Source of the DNA: Escherichia phage vB_EcoM_DE7
Reading direction: 5' to 3' (one strand)
Sequence record: OL825705.1
DNA length: 64,000 nucleotides
Under the pieces are notes generated by a model. That model did no database searches. It was not told the origin of the DNA and saw nothing but the letters and a program-made list of their open reading frames with translations. The first letter of the stretch is position 1. Each line of letters starts with the position of its first letter. Position numbers and translations under genes: made by a program. This document shows positions 45,986 through 56,918 of this stretch, in pieces.

Positions 45986-46501
45986 TCAAGATAGTTTTGC
46001 AAACTCTCCGTGGAGTTTCACAGCAGCTTCACAGTAAGCTTTATGGGCTTCTTCTTCTGTTGTGTACGTCCCGATATGTATAGTCTTACCATTATGGTTA
46101 ATCTGGGCTTTCCACTTACCAGACTTACTTCTACTTGTACCTTTTAAGTTTTTTGATGTTCTAGGTTGCCTCCTATTAGACATGTTCTGTTCTTTTGTGG
46201 CCTCTCTAAGATTGTCCCAAGCATTATTCAAACCGTTCCCGTCTTTGTGGTCAATATGATTGTCAGGCCACTTACCTGTCATCCAGAACCAAGCAATTCG
46301 GTGATTGCCTGTCCTGTATCCTAAAATCTGGGTTTGCATATACACACCAGACCTTGTGCGCTTGATTGTACCAGCCTGTCTTCCAATCACCACCCTACTG
46401 CTATGTGGAGGTCTGCCAATCCAAGTCAAGACCCCTGTTTCGGGGTCGTAGTCTAACCAAGATTTTAACTGTTCATGTGTGAATCCACAATCTCTCATCA
46501 A
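45986..46501 (-). CDS. free-standing HNH homing endonuclease with AP2-type DNA-binding domain
   Basis: HIDHKDGNGLNNAWDNL HNH core; C-terminal SKSGKWKAQINHNGKTIHIGTYTTEEEAHKAY AP2-like. Confidence 0.7.
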   Translation of the reverse strand: MMRDCGFTHEQLKSWLDYDPETGVLTWIGRPPHSSRVVIGRQAGTIKRTRSGVYMQTQILGYRTGNHRIAWFWMTGKWPDNHIDHKDGNGLNNAWDNLREATKEQNMSNRRQPRTSKNLKGTSRSKSGKWKAQINHNGKTIHIGTYTTEEEAHKAYCEAAVKLHGEFAKLS

Positions 46502-47054
46502 TGTACCTCATACCACGATTTACCAACCTTTGCTGTACCAGTTACAAGTGTTTCTTTCCTCAAACCTAAGTTTTTTGAAGCTTGTCCATACATCCAGTCA
46601 GCAATTGCTTTCATATCATGTGTCATACCCTCTGGACATTCCCAACTATTTTCATCGTGATATGCCAGAAGTAACCTTGCTCCGATAGCTGGTTTTCGAG
46701 CATTCAGTTTTGTCAGACCATCTTCACAGGCTTTTCTTGCTGCTAGGTTGATGGCCTCATTCTGAATCTGTGCTTCCGAACTCATCAGGAGGTAGTTCAG
46801 TAGTTTATGTGGAGATTTGCACCATATCCATGCTCCAGCGACCCTGATATAACCACCTTTAGCAATTGAAGAATTCTTCCCAAAAACCTCTTCCAGAGCC
46901 TTTTTAGACGCCTTAAAATCGGCTTCTAAGCTATCAAGTAACTTCTTAATCTTTGGCAGACGCATATAGTAGGTCTGCTTAGTCAATGCACCTTCCTCTG
47001 TAGAAGCTGCCTTAATGGTTTTGGCAAACTTCTCATCACCTGCACCGAACAATA
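46498..47054 (-). CDS. DNA polymerase (family A, T7-type), 3' exon
   Basis: Begins in motif B (LFGAGDEKFAKTI), contains motif C AYHDE and C-terminal GKSWYEVH. Confidence 0.7.
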
Positions 47055-47856
47055 CATCTGGTCAATACACTCGCAAGGTGTACCAGTTCTCTTATGAACT
47101 TCTCCGCATTTCTACGGAGTGTCGGACTATATCACGTAGTAGTTATACTACCGTTGCACTTGGGAATGGTCATTAGCTTACCACCCTACTCTACTCAGTT
47201 CATACATTAAGTATGCTTTTCGATAGTCTCTGAACGTTTCTCTGTTAGGAATCTCTATAGTTATATCATTTGCTTAGATAGTCAATTGCTCTTTGCATGT
47301 TATCAACACTATCTGCAAGCAACCCCAAAGCTCTGTTGCAATTGTGGCATAACATACCTCTTACCTTTCCGGTTTTATGGTCATGGTCAACAACAAGTTT
47401 AGCCTTGTGTCGTGAGCCATTCATGATAAAACCTTCACCGCCACAAATTTGACATTTGTAATCACAGTCACGGAGTAGGGCTTCAACCTCTTCTCTTTCC
47501 AATCCATATGTTCTTAGGTAGTAATTCTTAACTCTACCTTTCTCACCGCAATGTGACGAACAATAAACTTGCCTTGCTGTTCTCGGCATGAACACATTCT
47601 CACAACTAGGACATTTCTTAGTAAGAACCCTGTGTTCCGCCCTTCTGTCAAATTTTAACACACAACTTCTGCACCGTTTTTGATTGTATTGGTACGGTTT
47701 AAACTCCGTGCCACACTCAGTGCATAATCTCTCTTCGTAACCTGCCATTGTCTCTCTCCTTTGTTTTAGGAGTCCTAACAGAGACTTCGCTGCTGATTAC
47801 CATATCTTTACAGACTTAGGCTTCCAGCAATTCACAACGTTTTACATGCGCCACTG
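47055..47856 (-). mobile_element. putative group I intron within DNA polymerase gene, carrying HNH endonuclease ORF
   Basis: 802 bp insertion within motif B codons; 5' exon ends in U, insertion ends in G; in-frame stops prevent read-through. Confidence 0.6.
47266..47748 (-). CDS. HNH homing endonuclease (intron-encoded)
   Basis: Zn-finger Cys pairs plus VVDHDHKTGKVRGMLCHNCN HNH motif. Confidence 0.7.
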   Translation of the reverse strand: MAGYEERLCTECGTEFKPYQYNQKRCRSCVLKFDRRAEHRVLTKKCPSCENVFMPRTARQVYCSSHCGEKGRVKNYYLRTYGLEREEVEALLRDCDYKCQICGGEGFIMNGSRHKAKLVVDHDHKTGKVRGMLCHNCNRALGLLADSVDNMQRAIDYLSK

Positions 47857-50032
47857 ACGCATAAATGCCATTTTTGCTCTTCTTACGACCTTTTGTAATC
47901 TCGTGAAGAAGTTCCTCATCCTGTGTCTCCCTGCAACGAACAATATCCTCTTCTTTGTTAAGACCAAAGTAAATACTGTTCAGTGTATGCGCATCAGTCC
48001 CTGTGTAGACTTCATAGAGGTCATTTTCAGCATCATAACGCAGATACTTGTCAGTTTCTGGGTTAAGATACTTGTCAAGATGTTTACAGTAGTATCTACC
48101 ATCATCTTGCTTAGTGAACTCTACTGACTCTTTACCCTCAGTTACCGCTTTAGTGAAGTCTTCATCACCCATAAAGTTACAAAGAAGAACTAGCTGGGCT
48201 GAGTTCTGGTCAACAGAAACAATGTTAGTCCCCTCTTCACAAATCCACACCTCCCTCATAGGTGCTCCATAGACAGCAGCGCCAGACGGTACGTTTACAA
48301 TACCATATTGAGTCATACGTCCAGTTGAAGTACCAAATACCATTGCACCAGCACTAAGGCGACCATCAGGACGAATCTGGTTCAACCAACCTTTTTCATC
48401 ATCCTTTGAGTTCTCAATAGTTCTGCGTCGGTGCATCAAAGTATAGTATTTAGCAATCTTCTGTCCAAGCTCACCTTCAATCGTATCATAAGATGATTCA
48501 GTAAGTTTTGGTGAAGTACGGATTAAACAAGGTTCAAGTAAATCTGTGTACTTCTTCACAGACCAGTTATGTTCAATGTACTGGACACCTTCATGTTCAA
48601 CATAACTCAAACCACACCGTTCCACCATCTCATCCCACTTAGGATGCTTTGTAATCATCTTTTTGTTGTCTTTGAAACGACAAACTTTGACAGGACGACC
48701 ATCTGAGTCTTTCTTATAGTTCCAGTCATCTGGAATCCAACCAACTGATTTCAAGTAGTCTTTAACAACCGCTACCTGAGTCATACGAGAAACTTCGAAC
48801 TCAATTGGTGTATATGGTGCATCAATCAAACCTGTGTAGCGACTTGACTCAAGCTCAAAGTGGTTAACAACATGACTGTTATAGTACTTCACAGTTTTTA
48901 CTGTTTTTACTGGCTTCCAGTCTTTGCATTTCTTACCAATCTTTGCATTCAACTCATTGCAAATTGCACGAGCATCCTTCATTGCTACAAAACCTTCCTT
49001 GTACTCTTCACCAGTTACAGAGTTGGTTGGTGTATAGCAATTCCGTTTTTCAATGTTAAAAATCTTTGTAGTTGGCTTACCAAATGGCTTGATTTCATAT
49101 GTCTGCATTTCACCGTTACGTACCTGCTGACGATACTTTGTCTTAGGGTACTTGGTAATTCTCTTCAGTCCATCTGCATGACCAAATGCTTCAACATACT
49201 CATTCCAAGCTTTTGCAAACTCTTCTCCAGTGACTTTACCTTTGGTTTTAATAGTCGGAGGTAGATGTGGTTCAACCTCTGAAGCAAGCTCATTAGTCAA
49301 CTTGTCAAGTTCCTTTACATGAAACTCCATAAGTTCTTTATCAGCTTTCCAACCATTGATAGCCTGTTGACTCATCCAGAAAGATGTTTCTTTAGCTCGC
49401 ATATAGGTTTCATAGGTGTCTACGCCACACTTCTTTAACTTCAGATATTCATTATCCAGTGCACGTTTAGTTTTGGCGTTAATACGGATATCCTCTACAA
49501 CACGAGTGAAGATTTCTGCATTCCACACACCCCAATGTTCAATCTCTGGTTTACGTACACCAACACGAGCACCCCATGCAGCCAAGCCATGAGCACCTTT
49601 GTAGCCCTTTGGAGTTGGTCTATCCATCCACTGAACACGAGACTGGATAAGAGAATCCTGAAAGAAATTACTCCACGGCTTACACTTTGGATTATCAAAG
49701 TTCCACAAATCAGGTGCAATGTGATTGAAAACCCACCAGTCATATCCCAGACCATTATGGATGCAAAGTCGTTTTGCCTTTAACGCAAACTCAACACCTT
49801 CACGCAAACCACCCTTGATGTACTTGGTATACTTGTGACCGAGGATAGGTTCATCTGTAAAGACCCATACAGGTGGCTCTTCATCGTCAGACTTATAGTC
49901 TGCGAAAGCCATTACGTGCACTTTAGTGAACTCAAGGAGTAAACCATCAGTTTCTGTATCACCAACTAAATGTAAGTTTTTAAAATCTACGTTTTCCATT
50001 TCTACTCCCTCTAAATCATTAACCTCATACAT
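47857..50032 (-). CDS. DNA polymerase (family A, T7-type), 5' exon
   Basis: Exonuclease motif VGDTETDG, motif A SVDQNSAQLVLL, start of motif B RKKSKNGIYA. Confidence 0.7.
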
Positions 50033-50051
50033 TACTGCAAAAAATTATAAA

Positions 50052-50080
50052 AAGCAAGTTGACAATGTACTTGACAAGGT
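50052..50080. promoter_or_regulatory. Divergent promoter region with tandem TTGACA element (GTTGACAATGTACTTGACAAGGTGT)
   Basis: Near-identical to the element at 8773-8800. Confidence 0.45.
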
Positions 50081-50255
50081 GTTAATCTTTGCGAAGTGGG
50101 TTTTTACTTAAAAGGTTACTTAACAGTTTAACTATACAGATACTTTAAAACTCTTAAAAGATTATTTAATAGCTTTTAAAAAGCTTTAAAGTATAACGTA
50201 TAGAATACGTTAAGATAAAAGATTAAAACTTAATAGTTACTTAAAAGAGGCTTAC

Positions 50256-50678
50256 ATGCAGAAAATGTTTGTTCACCCAGACATAGCTGACTTTGTTAGA
50301 GCTTTGCAGAAGTTGGAAGAACTTGACATTGCTGCTCAACGGGAATATGCTCACCATCACAGGAGAATGGTTGATATACAACATGAAATAGAGTTGTCTG
50401 AAAACTATGAAGATGACTTAAAATGCTCTGTATTTGAGCATATGAAAGATGTTGCTACAGCGAGACGTAAAGCTAAAGACACAGTTGCTTTACTAGATTC
50501 TCTTAAAAAGAAGTTGCAAAGTGGTACAGACCTGTGTAATCTAGCGTCACTGATTAATGATGTTGAAACTTCTTGGGATAGACATTACTATCCACGTTCT
50601 GAAAAGACACTTGACTTTTCTTCATCCGAAAACTTAAAATGCTCTAGAAAGAAACTTAACCAACTGAGAGAGAAATAA
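50256..50678 (+). CDS. hypothetical protein (140 aa)
   Basis: Intact ORF, first gene of rightward replication block. Confidence 0.5.
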   Translation: MQKMFVHPDIADFVRALQKLEELDIAAQREYAHHHRRMVDIQHEIELSENYEDDLKCSVFEHMKDVATARRKAKDTVALLDSLKKKLQSGTDLCNLASLINDVETSWDRHYYPRSEKTLDFSSSENLKCSRKKLNQLREK

Positions 50679-50679
50679 T

Positions 50680-51492
50680 ATGAACACTACTGTAGACCAG
50701 ATGCTTAAAGAAAAAGGTGTTGACGAAGCATTCTTAATCAATGCCGTAGAAAGCATGGCTATGATTCTTCGTGGAAACAACTATACAGAACAGTTTATGC
50801 CTGCAAGCTATAACTTGCCTAAAGACAAGTCTGATAACGGTGCTTTTGCAGAACAGGTTAATATGATGCTGTGTGACAAAAAGCTTGCCTTAGCATCTAT
50901 TGTTGTAGGTGTTGATGCTCTTGCAGAGTTCATTTTTTATGAGATGCAGAAAAATGACTATATTGCCATGACACCTGAAGAAAAAGACTCGCTACTACTC
51001 TTAGATAATAATGAGCTAGTTGACCTGTTAATTTCGTCAACGAGTGCTGTTATGGCTGCTCTTGAGAAGCGAATGGAAGAGAAGCTTTCACGGTATGAAA
51101 AACTTGATTGGGGTGTAGAAGAGTTAAACCCACGAATCAAAGAGATTATCCAGCAAACTAAAGACTCTTTAGCAGAAGCTGTGAAAGATGATTCTGTAGC
51201 TGATGTAGAACCACTACAGGTTAAGGTTGCTCTGATGATTCCTGCTATCTCTACGATGATGAATATCGTTGCACTAATCCAACTTTCACAGATGATGGGT
51301 ACAAGCATTGAGTTCATTGAGAGCATGACTGGTGGTGTGAGTATGCAAGCCATCAATGATGTTTTGGTAAGCATCGGTGCTTCAATCATTGAAGAGAAGC
51401 TTCGCATTAACTTCGGTGATGATTTTGTTAAGCAAATTTCAGCTATGGCTGAAAAAGAACACTCACAGATTACCAGTGACCAACTGCACTAA
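50680..51492 (+). CDS. hypothetical protein (270 aa)
   Basis: Intact ORF. Confidence 0.5.
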   Translation: MNTTVDQMLKEKGVDEAFLINAVESMAMILRGNNYTEQFMPASYNLPKDKSDNGAFAEQVNMMLCDKKLALASIVVGVDALAEFIFYEMQKNDYIAMTPEEKDSLLLLDNNELVDLLISSTSAVMAALEKRMEEKLSRYEKLDWGVEELNPRIKEIIQQTKDSLAEAVKDDSVADVEPLQVKVALMIPAISTMMNIVALIQLSQMMGTSIEFIESMTGGVSMQAINDVLVSIGASIIEEKLRINFGDDFVKQISAMAEKEHSQITSDQLH

Positions 51493-51510
51493 ATCTTTAT
51501 AAATCTTACA

Positions 51511-51535
51511 AGCCTCCTTAGTTGGGGGCTTTTTA
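51511..51535 (+). terminator. rho-independent terminator
   Basis: AGCCTCC-TTAGTT-GGGGGCT hairpin followed by TTTTT. Confidence 0.65.
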
Positions 51536-51553
51536 GTAATTAAGGGAGACAAA

Positions 51554-52297
51554 ATGAGTGATATTATCGCATTTACTGGAAAGGCACGTTCTGGAAAAGA
51601 TACCTCATGCTCTATTGTTAAGAATATCCTAGAAGATGAGTATGGCTACAATGTTGCAGTAATGGCCTATGCAGACAACCTTAAGCTATCTGCATCAAAG
51701 ATATTTGACTTGACATGGAATGACCTGTACGGCGAAACTAAAGAGACTCCACAGGTTTTTGATTTATCATACTCTGAACTTATGTTTAAAGTTACAGAAG
51801 CTATGGAGTTTACCTTCAAAGGTGAACGTTATCATACGGACTTTAAACTTATGTCAGAGTTAACCGGACGATTAATCATGGAGCTTAAGAAGGTTGCTAA
51901 ACCGACTCTATTAACACGTCTGGGATTTAGTAAAAAGTATAAATTCTCATCAAGACAGATTCAACAGATTTGGGGTACTGAAGTTATCCGTAAAGTTATG
52001 GGTGACAAATTCTGGGCTAAAGACCTCGAAAAACGAATGGCAAATTTCTTTGACGTTTGCTCACTTAGAAATCAAGATGGTGTTGTTTTAATCAGTGACT
52101 TAAGGTTTGACTCTGAAGCTGAGTGGTTGAGCAGATTTGCACACCAAATTATTGAAGTAAAAAGAGACAATGTGGATAAGGTTTCATCACATGTTTCAGA
52201 AAATGGGATTTCTACCAAATATGCGCGTGACATTATCCATAATAATGGTACTCTTGCAGACCTTGAAAGCAAGTTAAGAGCTATCCTGAAAATTTAA
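51554..52297 (+). CDS. deoxynucleoside monophosphate kinase (T4 gp1-like)
   Basis: N-terminal P-loop FTGKARSGKDT, like T4 dNMP kinase SGVKRSGKDT. Confidence 0.6.
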   Translation: MSDIIAFTGKARSGKDTSCSIVKNILEDEYGYNVAVMAYADNLKLSASKIFDLTWNDLYGETKETPQVFDLSYSELMFKVTEAMEFTFKGERYHTDFKLMSELTGRLIMELKKVAKPTLLTRLGFSKKYKFSSRQIQQIWGTEVIRKVMGDKFWAKDLEKRMANFFDVCSLRNQDGVVLISDLRFDSEAEWLSRFAHQIIEVKRDNVDKVSSHVSENGISTKYARDIIHNNGTLADLESKLRAILKI

Positions 52298-52305
52298 AAG
52301 AGAGA

Positions 52306-52506
52306 ATGAAGATGAGAGTAAAAGATAATTTCAAAGTTATTGACCATCGTTTAGTGGAACTCTCATCTCTTTCCAATGAGGTAATGATTGAACGTCTTAA
52401 GAGAGTTGAATCACGAAGGAAAGAGATTGCAGATGAAATTCATGAACTGGACAAGATTGAAAACGGGTTGAAGGCAGAACTACAACGAAGAGGTGCTAAT
52501 GTCTAA
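52306..52506 (+). CDS. hypothetical protein (66 aa)
   Basis: Small ORF overlapping primase start. Confidence 0.35.
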   Translation: MKMRVKDNFKVIDHRLVELSSLSNEVMIERLKRVESRRKEIADEIHELDKIENGLKAELQRRGANV

Positions 52507-54484
52507 AGGTCGTAAATTGAAAGAGGCTGGTCAGTTTATTGGTCATTGTGCATGTCCACGTTGTGGTTCATCAGATGCTGGTTCAATCTACCACCATGAC
52601 GATGATTCTTATTCGATGACTTGTTTTAGCTGTAACAAAGGTTTCCCAGAGTGGGATTTTGATAAAGGACAAATCGTGAGCACTTATTCTACTGGTTCAG
52701 ATAATAAAAACCGTACTTTCCGTGGAATGGGTTTAGATGATGTAAAAGAAAACCTAGAAGCGATGGACTTGAAAGACAGGAAGATTCCTGCAAAAGTTCT
52801 TGAACGCTTAGGTATCAAGGTTGACATTGATAGTGATGGTGAAATTGATGCACATTTCTATCCAACTTACAAACGTAATGAAGATGGCAAGTTAGAACAT
52901 GTTGGCTACCGTGTTCGTCACCGTTACCCAGAAGACCATCCAAAAGAACACCTACGTGGTAAGCTAAAAGACTTTTCAGGTGGTGTTGGAGATATTAAAG
53001 GTGAACTGGCAATGTTCGGTTCATGGATTGCTCCAGAAGGTGGAAACCGACTGTTCATCTGGGAAGGTGAGATGGAATGTGCGACAGCTATCTACATGAC
53101 TTCTTTGGCGATTAAAGATAAGTCTCGTCGTAAGAATTACTGTCACGTATCTGTTCCATCAGGTGCAAACATCAAGTCTATCAAAGACAACTATCAGTAC
53201 ATCACATCATTTGATGAGATTTACTTGTGCTTTGATAACGATGAAGCAGGTGCTAAAGCTACCAAAGAGGCTGCTGGTATCCTACCTATTGAGAAGGTTC
53301 GTTTATTCCAGTATCCAGAAGGTGTAAAAGACCTTAATGAATGGTGGACAAAGTTCTATAAAGAGAAAGACACAGTTCTGGAAGGATTTAAGCAGCGTAT
53401 CTACAATGCACCTCGTTACTGCCCTGCTGGTATCAAGAACTTTGCAGACGGTTTTGAGGCAATGAAGAATCGTGGTCAGATTCCATTGATTCCTTTCCCA
53501 GAGTCTTTCGGGGATTTGAACAGGCTGACTTATGGTGGTTATGGTTTAGGTGAGATTACAACTATTGCAGCACCATCTTCAGTAGGTAAGTCAGCTTACA
53601 CTCGTGAGATGATTTATTCAGCTTGGAAAGAAACTGATTATAATATCGGTGTAATTCCTGTAGAAGATACTTACGAAGAGTTGATGGAGATGCTCTGTGC
53701 AATCCACCTGAGTAAACAGATTTCTGAGATTCCTTATGATGAACGGGATTGGGATGAACTAAAAGGAGCACACGCAGAGCTTTCTAAAGGTCGTCGTATC
53801 CATATCGTCGACCATCAAGGGGCAATTGACCAAGATAACCTGCTAGAGTTTGTTGACTATCTTGTTAACAGCTTAGACTGTAAGATTATCATTCTTGACC
53901 CTATTACGTTGGCTCTGTCACGTTCTGATACGGATGAAGAGGAAGTTTTGTCTGAGCTATTGCGTCGTTGCAAACGCTACCAGTATGCGCAGGTAAACGT
54001 GTGTCACGTTCGTAAGAGTGCAGGTGGTCAGAAAGCCAACTCTGAAGGTGGAGATATCTCTGAAGAGGATATTAAGGGTTCTGGTGCATACTTCCAGATT
54101 TCCATGAACAACATTCTGTTAATGCGTAACAAGGTTGACCCAGACCCTGTTAAGAAAAACTTGACAAAAATCAAGTTAACTAAGTGTCGTCGTCATGGTA
54201 AGTCAACAGGTATTGCTGGTCATACTTGGTACAATCCAGATACAGGACGTCTTATCAAAGCTTCTGGATGTGGTGTTGATATTGATGGTGCAGCAGAAAA
54301 TATTCGTCAACAGTTTGGTATTGGTGAAGCTGAAGACCATTACGATGACTCTTTACCTCATTATGAGGATGAAGTGTTTGACCGTGAGACTGGTGAAGTC
54401 TATACTGAAGAACAGCGTCAAAGCTCAACGATTCCACCTGTATTAAGTGAGGATGCAGATGACTGCCCGTTTGAAACTGAGTGA
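52493..54484 (+). CDS. DNA primase/helicase (T7 gp4-like)
   Basis: Zinc ribbon CxxC...CxxC, TOPRIM YLCFDNDEAG, helicase Walker A AAPSSVGKS. Confidence 0.8.
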   Translation: MLMSKGRKLKEAGQFIGHCACPRCGSSDAGSIYHHDDDSYSMTCFSCNKGFPEWDFDKGQIVSTYSTGSDNKNRTFRGMGLDDVKENLEAMDLKDRKIPAKVLERLGIKVDIDSDGEIDAHFYPTYKRNEDGKLEHVGYRVRHRYPEDHPKEHLRGKLKDFSGGVGDIKGELAMFGSWIAPEGGNRLFIWEGEMECATAIYMTSLAIKDKSRRKNYCHVSVPSGANIKSIKDNYQYITSFDEIYLCFDNDEAGAKATKEAAGILPIEKVRLFQYPEGVKDLNEWWTKFYKEKDTVLEGFKQRIYNAPRYCPAGIKNFADGFEAMKNRGQIPLIPFPESFGDLNRLTYGGYGLGEITTIAAPSSVGKSAYTREMIYSAWKETDYNIGVIPVEDTYEELMEMLCAIHLSKQISEIPYDERDWDELKGAHAELSKGRRIHIVDHQGAIDQDNLLEFVDYLVNSLDCKIIILDPITLALSRSDTDEEEVLSELLRRCKRYQYAQVNVCHVRKSAGGQKANSEGGDISEEDIKGSGAYFQISMNNILLMRNKVDPDPVKKNLTKIKLTKCRRHGKSTGIAGHTWYNPDTGRLIKASGCGVDIDGAAENIRQQFGIGEAEDHYDDSLPHYEDEVFDRETGEVYTEEQRQSSTIPPVLSEDADDCPFETE

Positions 54485-54892
54485 TAGTTATAAAAGAGAG
54501 GGGTTCATACCCTTCTTTGAAGAAAAAAGTTTAAATAAATTTCAGGAAGAGTGTTTGACAAAGATTGATAGGTTCTATAGAATGCTTCTCATGAAATGCG
54601 ATGGGGAGGTTGCTATAAAAGAAGATTCCTACCAAAGCACGATTACAGTCATCATTACACTGCCTCAGCATAATATTAGTTGGCTGTTTATAATTAAAGA
54701 AAATGTGTTTGAATATCAAGTATATCGGAGAATATCATGAAACACTCTAAAGCATTTGAAAAAGTTTTTGGGATTCCTTAAAAGCCACTGCTGGCAAACC
54801 AGCAAAATACTATGAAGAGAAGCGTGTAAGAACTGGAAAAACTGCACGCAAAGCCGCTTCTAAAGATAAGCACAACTTCCAGTAATTAATGT

Positions 54893-54921
54893 TTGACAAT
54901 AGAGTATCAACAAATTAGAAT
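54893..54921 (+). promoter_or_regulatory. sigma70-like promoter (TTGACA-N17-TAGAAT)
   Basis: Hexamers about 40 nt upstream of SSB gene. Confidence 0.45.
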
Positions 54922-54957
54922 TGGTACTCTTCATAAATTGAGATAGAGGTTTAAATA

Positions 54958-55815
54958 ATGTCTAAAGTTGTTAAAATGAAAGCTCCGGTAGAGAAGTACA
55001 ACGGTACTGAACGTCAAACTCTGCGTTACCTTCTGAAAGATGTTTGGTTTTATTACCTGAACACTTCACCACGTCCGGGAAAAGGTAAATCCATTGATAA
55101 GAAATTCCCAGGAAAAGACTGCAACTATAGTGTTTCAATTCTGGCAGAAGATGGTAACAAGCTGTTTAAAGAGTTCACTAAGTCTAAGAAAAACCCAGAA
55201 GGTTGGGATAAAGTTACTACTGAAGCAGTTGATGCAGATGACTTTGAAGAGAAGTTTGGTTGCAAACCACCATTTGAAGCAGACACTTACTACATCTTGA
55301 AAGTAAGTCGTGCAGCAGCTTATAAGGATGGTGCTGTGTGGACAGCTAAACAGTCATTCCCTGTAATGCTGATTGAAGAAGTAAATGGTAAGCGTGTAGC
55401 TGTTAAACAGCCGATGAAGAAAATCAAAGCTCAAGCATCTGACAAACATGAAGATGACAAGAACTATGATGTAATTCATCCAGATATCGCAGTCGGTAAC
55501 GGTTCTTTTGGTAGTGTGATTCTTTCTACTCACTTCTACACTTTTGAGAACAATGTTCTGACAAAACCTATTCAGGAACAGTTTATCATTGATACCCTTG
55601 TACCTTACACTGGTGGTAACGGTGCTAACGGTGAACCTGAACTGGATGAAGACGAACTTGCTATGCTTGGTCTTGATGGTGTTGAAGATAACGGTGAAAT
55701 CAATGAAGAAGACGCAAAAGACCACAAACCTTCTAATGATTCTGATGATGGTGACGATGAAGACTTGCCAGACCCAGATGACGAAGAAGATGAAGACTTC
55801 GATACAGAAGACTAA
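54958..55815 (+). CDS. single-stranded DNA-binding protein (T7 gp2.5-like) with acidic C-terminal tail
   Basis: C-terminus DDGDDEDLPDPDDEEDEDFDTED; position between primase-helicase and exonuclease. Confidence 0.55.
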   Translation: MSKVVKMKAPVEKYNGTERQTLRYLLKDVWFYYLNTSPRPGKGKSIDKKFPGKDCNYSVSILAEDGNKLFKEFTKSKKNPEGWDKVTTEAVDADDFEEKFGCKPPFEADTYYILKVSRAAAYKDGAVWTAKQSFPVMLIEEVNGKRVAVKQPMKKIKAQASDKHEDDKNYDVIHPDIAVGNGSFGSVILSTHFYTFENNVLTKPIQEQFIIDTLVPYTGGNGANGEPELDEDELAMLGLDGVEDNGEINEEDAKDHKPSNDSDDGDDEDLPDPDDEEDEDFDTED

Positions 55816-55834
55816 TCTCTAAAAGTTACTTTAA

Positions 55835-55861
55835 AGCCCTGTACTTAGTATGGGGCTTTTT
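55835..55861 (+). terminator. putative rho-independent terminator after SSB gene
   Basis: AGCCCT...GGGGCT hairpin followed by TTTTT. Confidence 0.5.
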
Positions 55862-55877
55862 CATATGGAGAGTCACA

Positions 55878-56918
55878 ATGGAGAAGTATACACTAACAAA
55901 ACTTCCCGATTCAGTTACACATGTCTTTATTGACTCTGACAGTATTGCCTATAAAGGTGCTTGTGTAGTTGAGAAAGCAAAATATAAGTATGTCAATAAA
56001 CTCACAGCAGAAGAATCTGAACCATTTGATAATGCAAAAGATGCTGCAAGATGGTTAGCAGACCAGAGAATCTTTGTAGAAGAGCTTGGCCTAGCATTTG
56101 ATGAAGATGAATGGGAAAGACAGACTTGGAAAGAAGCTAAGAGTGAAAAAGAAGCTATCATGGCTACTCAGCAGGTTCTTCAGGAATGGCTTAAGGTTGT
56201 TGGTAAAGAAAGAACTTGGGTAGGTTACTTGACAGAGAAGGGTGTACATAAACATAAAGACATTAAAGGTCTTGAACACCAATATCAAGGTAACCGTAAA
56301 GATGCTGTCACACCAACACACTTAGTTGCTTGTCGTGAATATCTTTTATCCAGACCAGAGTTCAAATTGATTCTTGATGGATTTGAAGCTGACTCTATCG
56401 TTATTGCTAAAGCTGAAAAGATGGGAAAAAAGGCTGCCTTAATGAGTATTGATAAAGACCTTCGCCAAGCTGAAGGTACTTACTGCATTGATATGACCTA
56501 TGAAAAATCACCTTTAATTTTCATTGCTGATAACAACGTTGGTGAAATTTGGGATTGTCCAATAAAATCGACACCAAAAGCTAAGAAGACAGTTGGTGTA
56601 GGTTTTAAATTTCTTTGTTATCAAGCTGTGGCTGGTGATAATGCGGATAATTACTTTGGTTTAAAGGGTGTTGGCAAAGCTGCTGTGATGAAGGCTCTTG
56701 AGGGGAAAACAACTTACAAAGAGTGTCTTGATGCAATTTACGAGCTATATGCTAAGAAAGACTCCTATACTTATGTATCATGGGATGGTCAAACAATTAC
56801 CAGAACACCTTTAGAATTAATGCAGCAACACTTTTTCTTAGCTTATCAGGAAAGAAATAAGAAAGATGATTTTACTTTTAAGAAATATAATTGGGAGCCA
56901 TGTATGAATGAAGATTAA
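55878..56918 (+). CDS. putative 5'-3' exonuclease / flap endonuclease
   Basis: N-terminal VFIDSDSIAYKGA resembles FEN-family motif; position in replication block. Confidence 0.45.
   Translation: MEKYTLTKLPDSVTHVFIDSDSIAYKGACVVEKAKYKYVNKLTAEESEPFDNAKDAARWLADQRIFVEELGLAFDEDEWERQTWKEAKSEKEAIMATQQVLQEWLKVVGKERTWVGYLTEKGVHKHKDIKGLEHQYQGNRKDAVTPTHLVACREYLLSRPEFKLILDGFEADSIVIAKAEKMGKKAALMSIDKDLRQAEGTYCIDMTYEKSPLIFIADNNVGEIWDCPIKSTPKAKKTVGVGFKFLCYQAVAGDNADNYFGLKGVGKAAVMKALEGKTTYKECLDAIYELYAKKDSYTYVSWDGQTITRTPLELMQQHFFLAYQERNKKDDFTFKKYNWEPCMNED

Noticed and set aside
47055-47856. Intein as the explanation for the interrupted DNA polymerase
   Set aside because: The insertion has in-frame stop codons and a separately framed HNH ORF, so the polymerase reading frame is not continuous through it; an RNA intron or a split gene fits better.
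54447-54740. 97-aa ORF overlapping the 3' end of the primase-helicase gene
   Set aside because: It overlaps the primase-helicase by 38 nt, and its C-terminal half runs into the AT-rich region immediately upstream of the predicted SSB promoter; coding status is uncertain.
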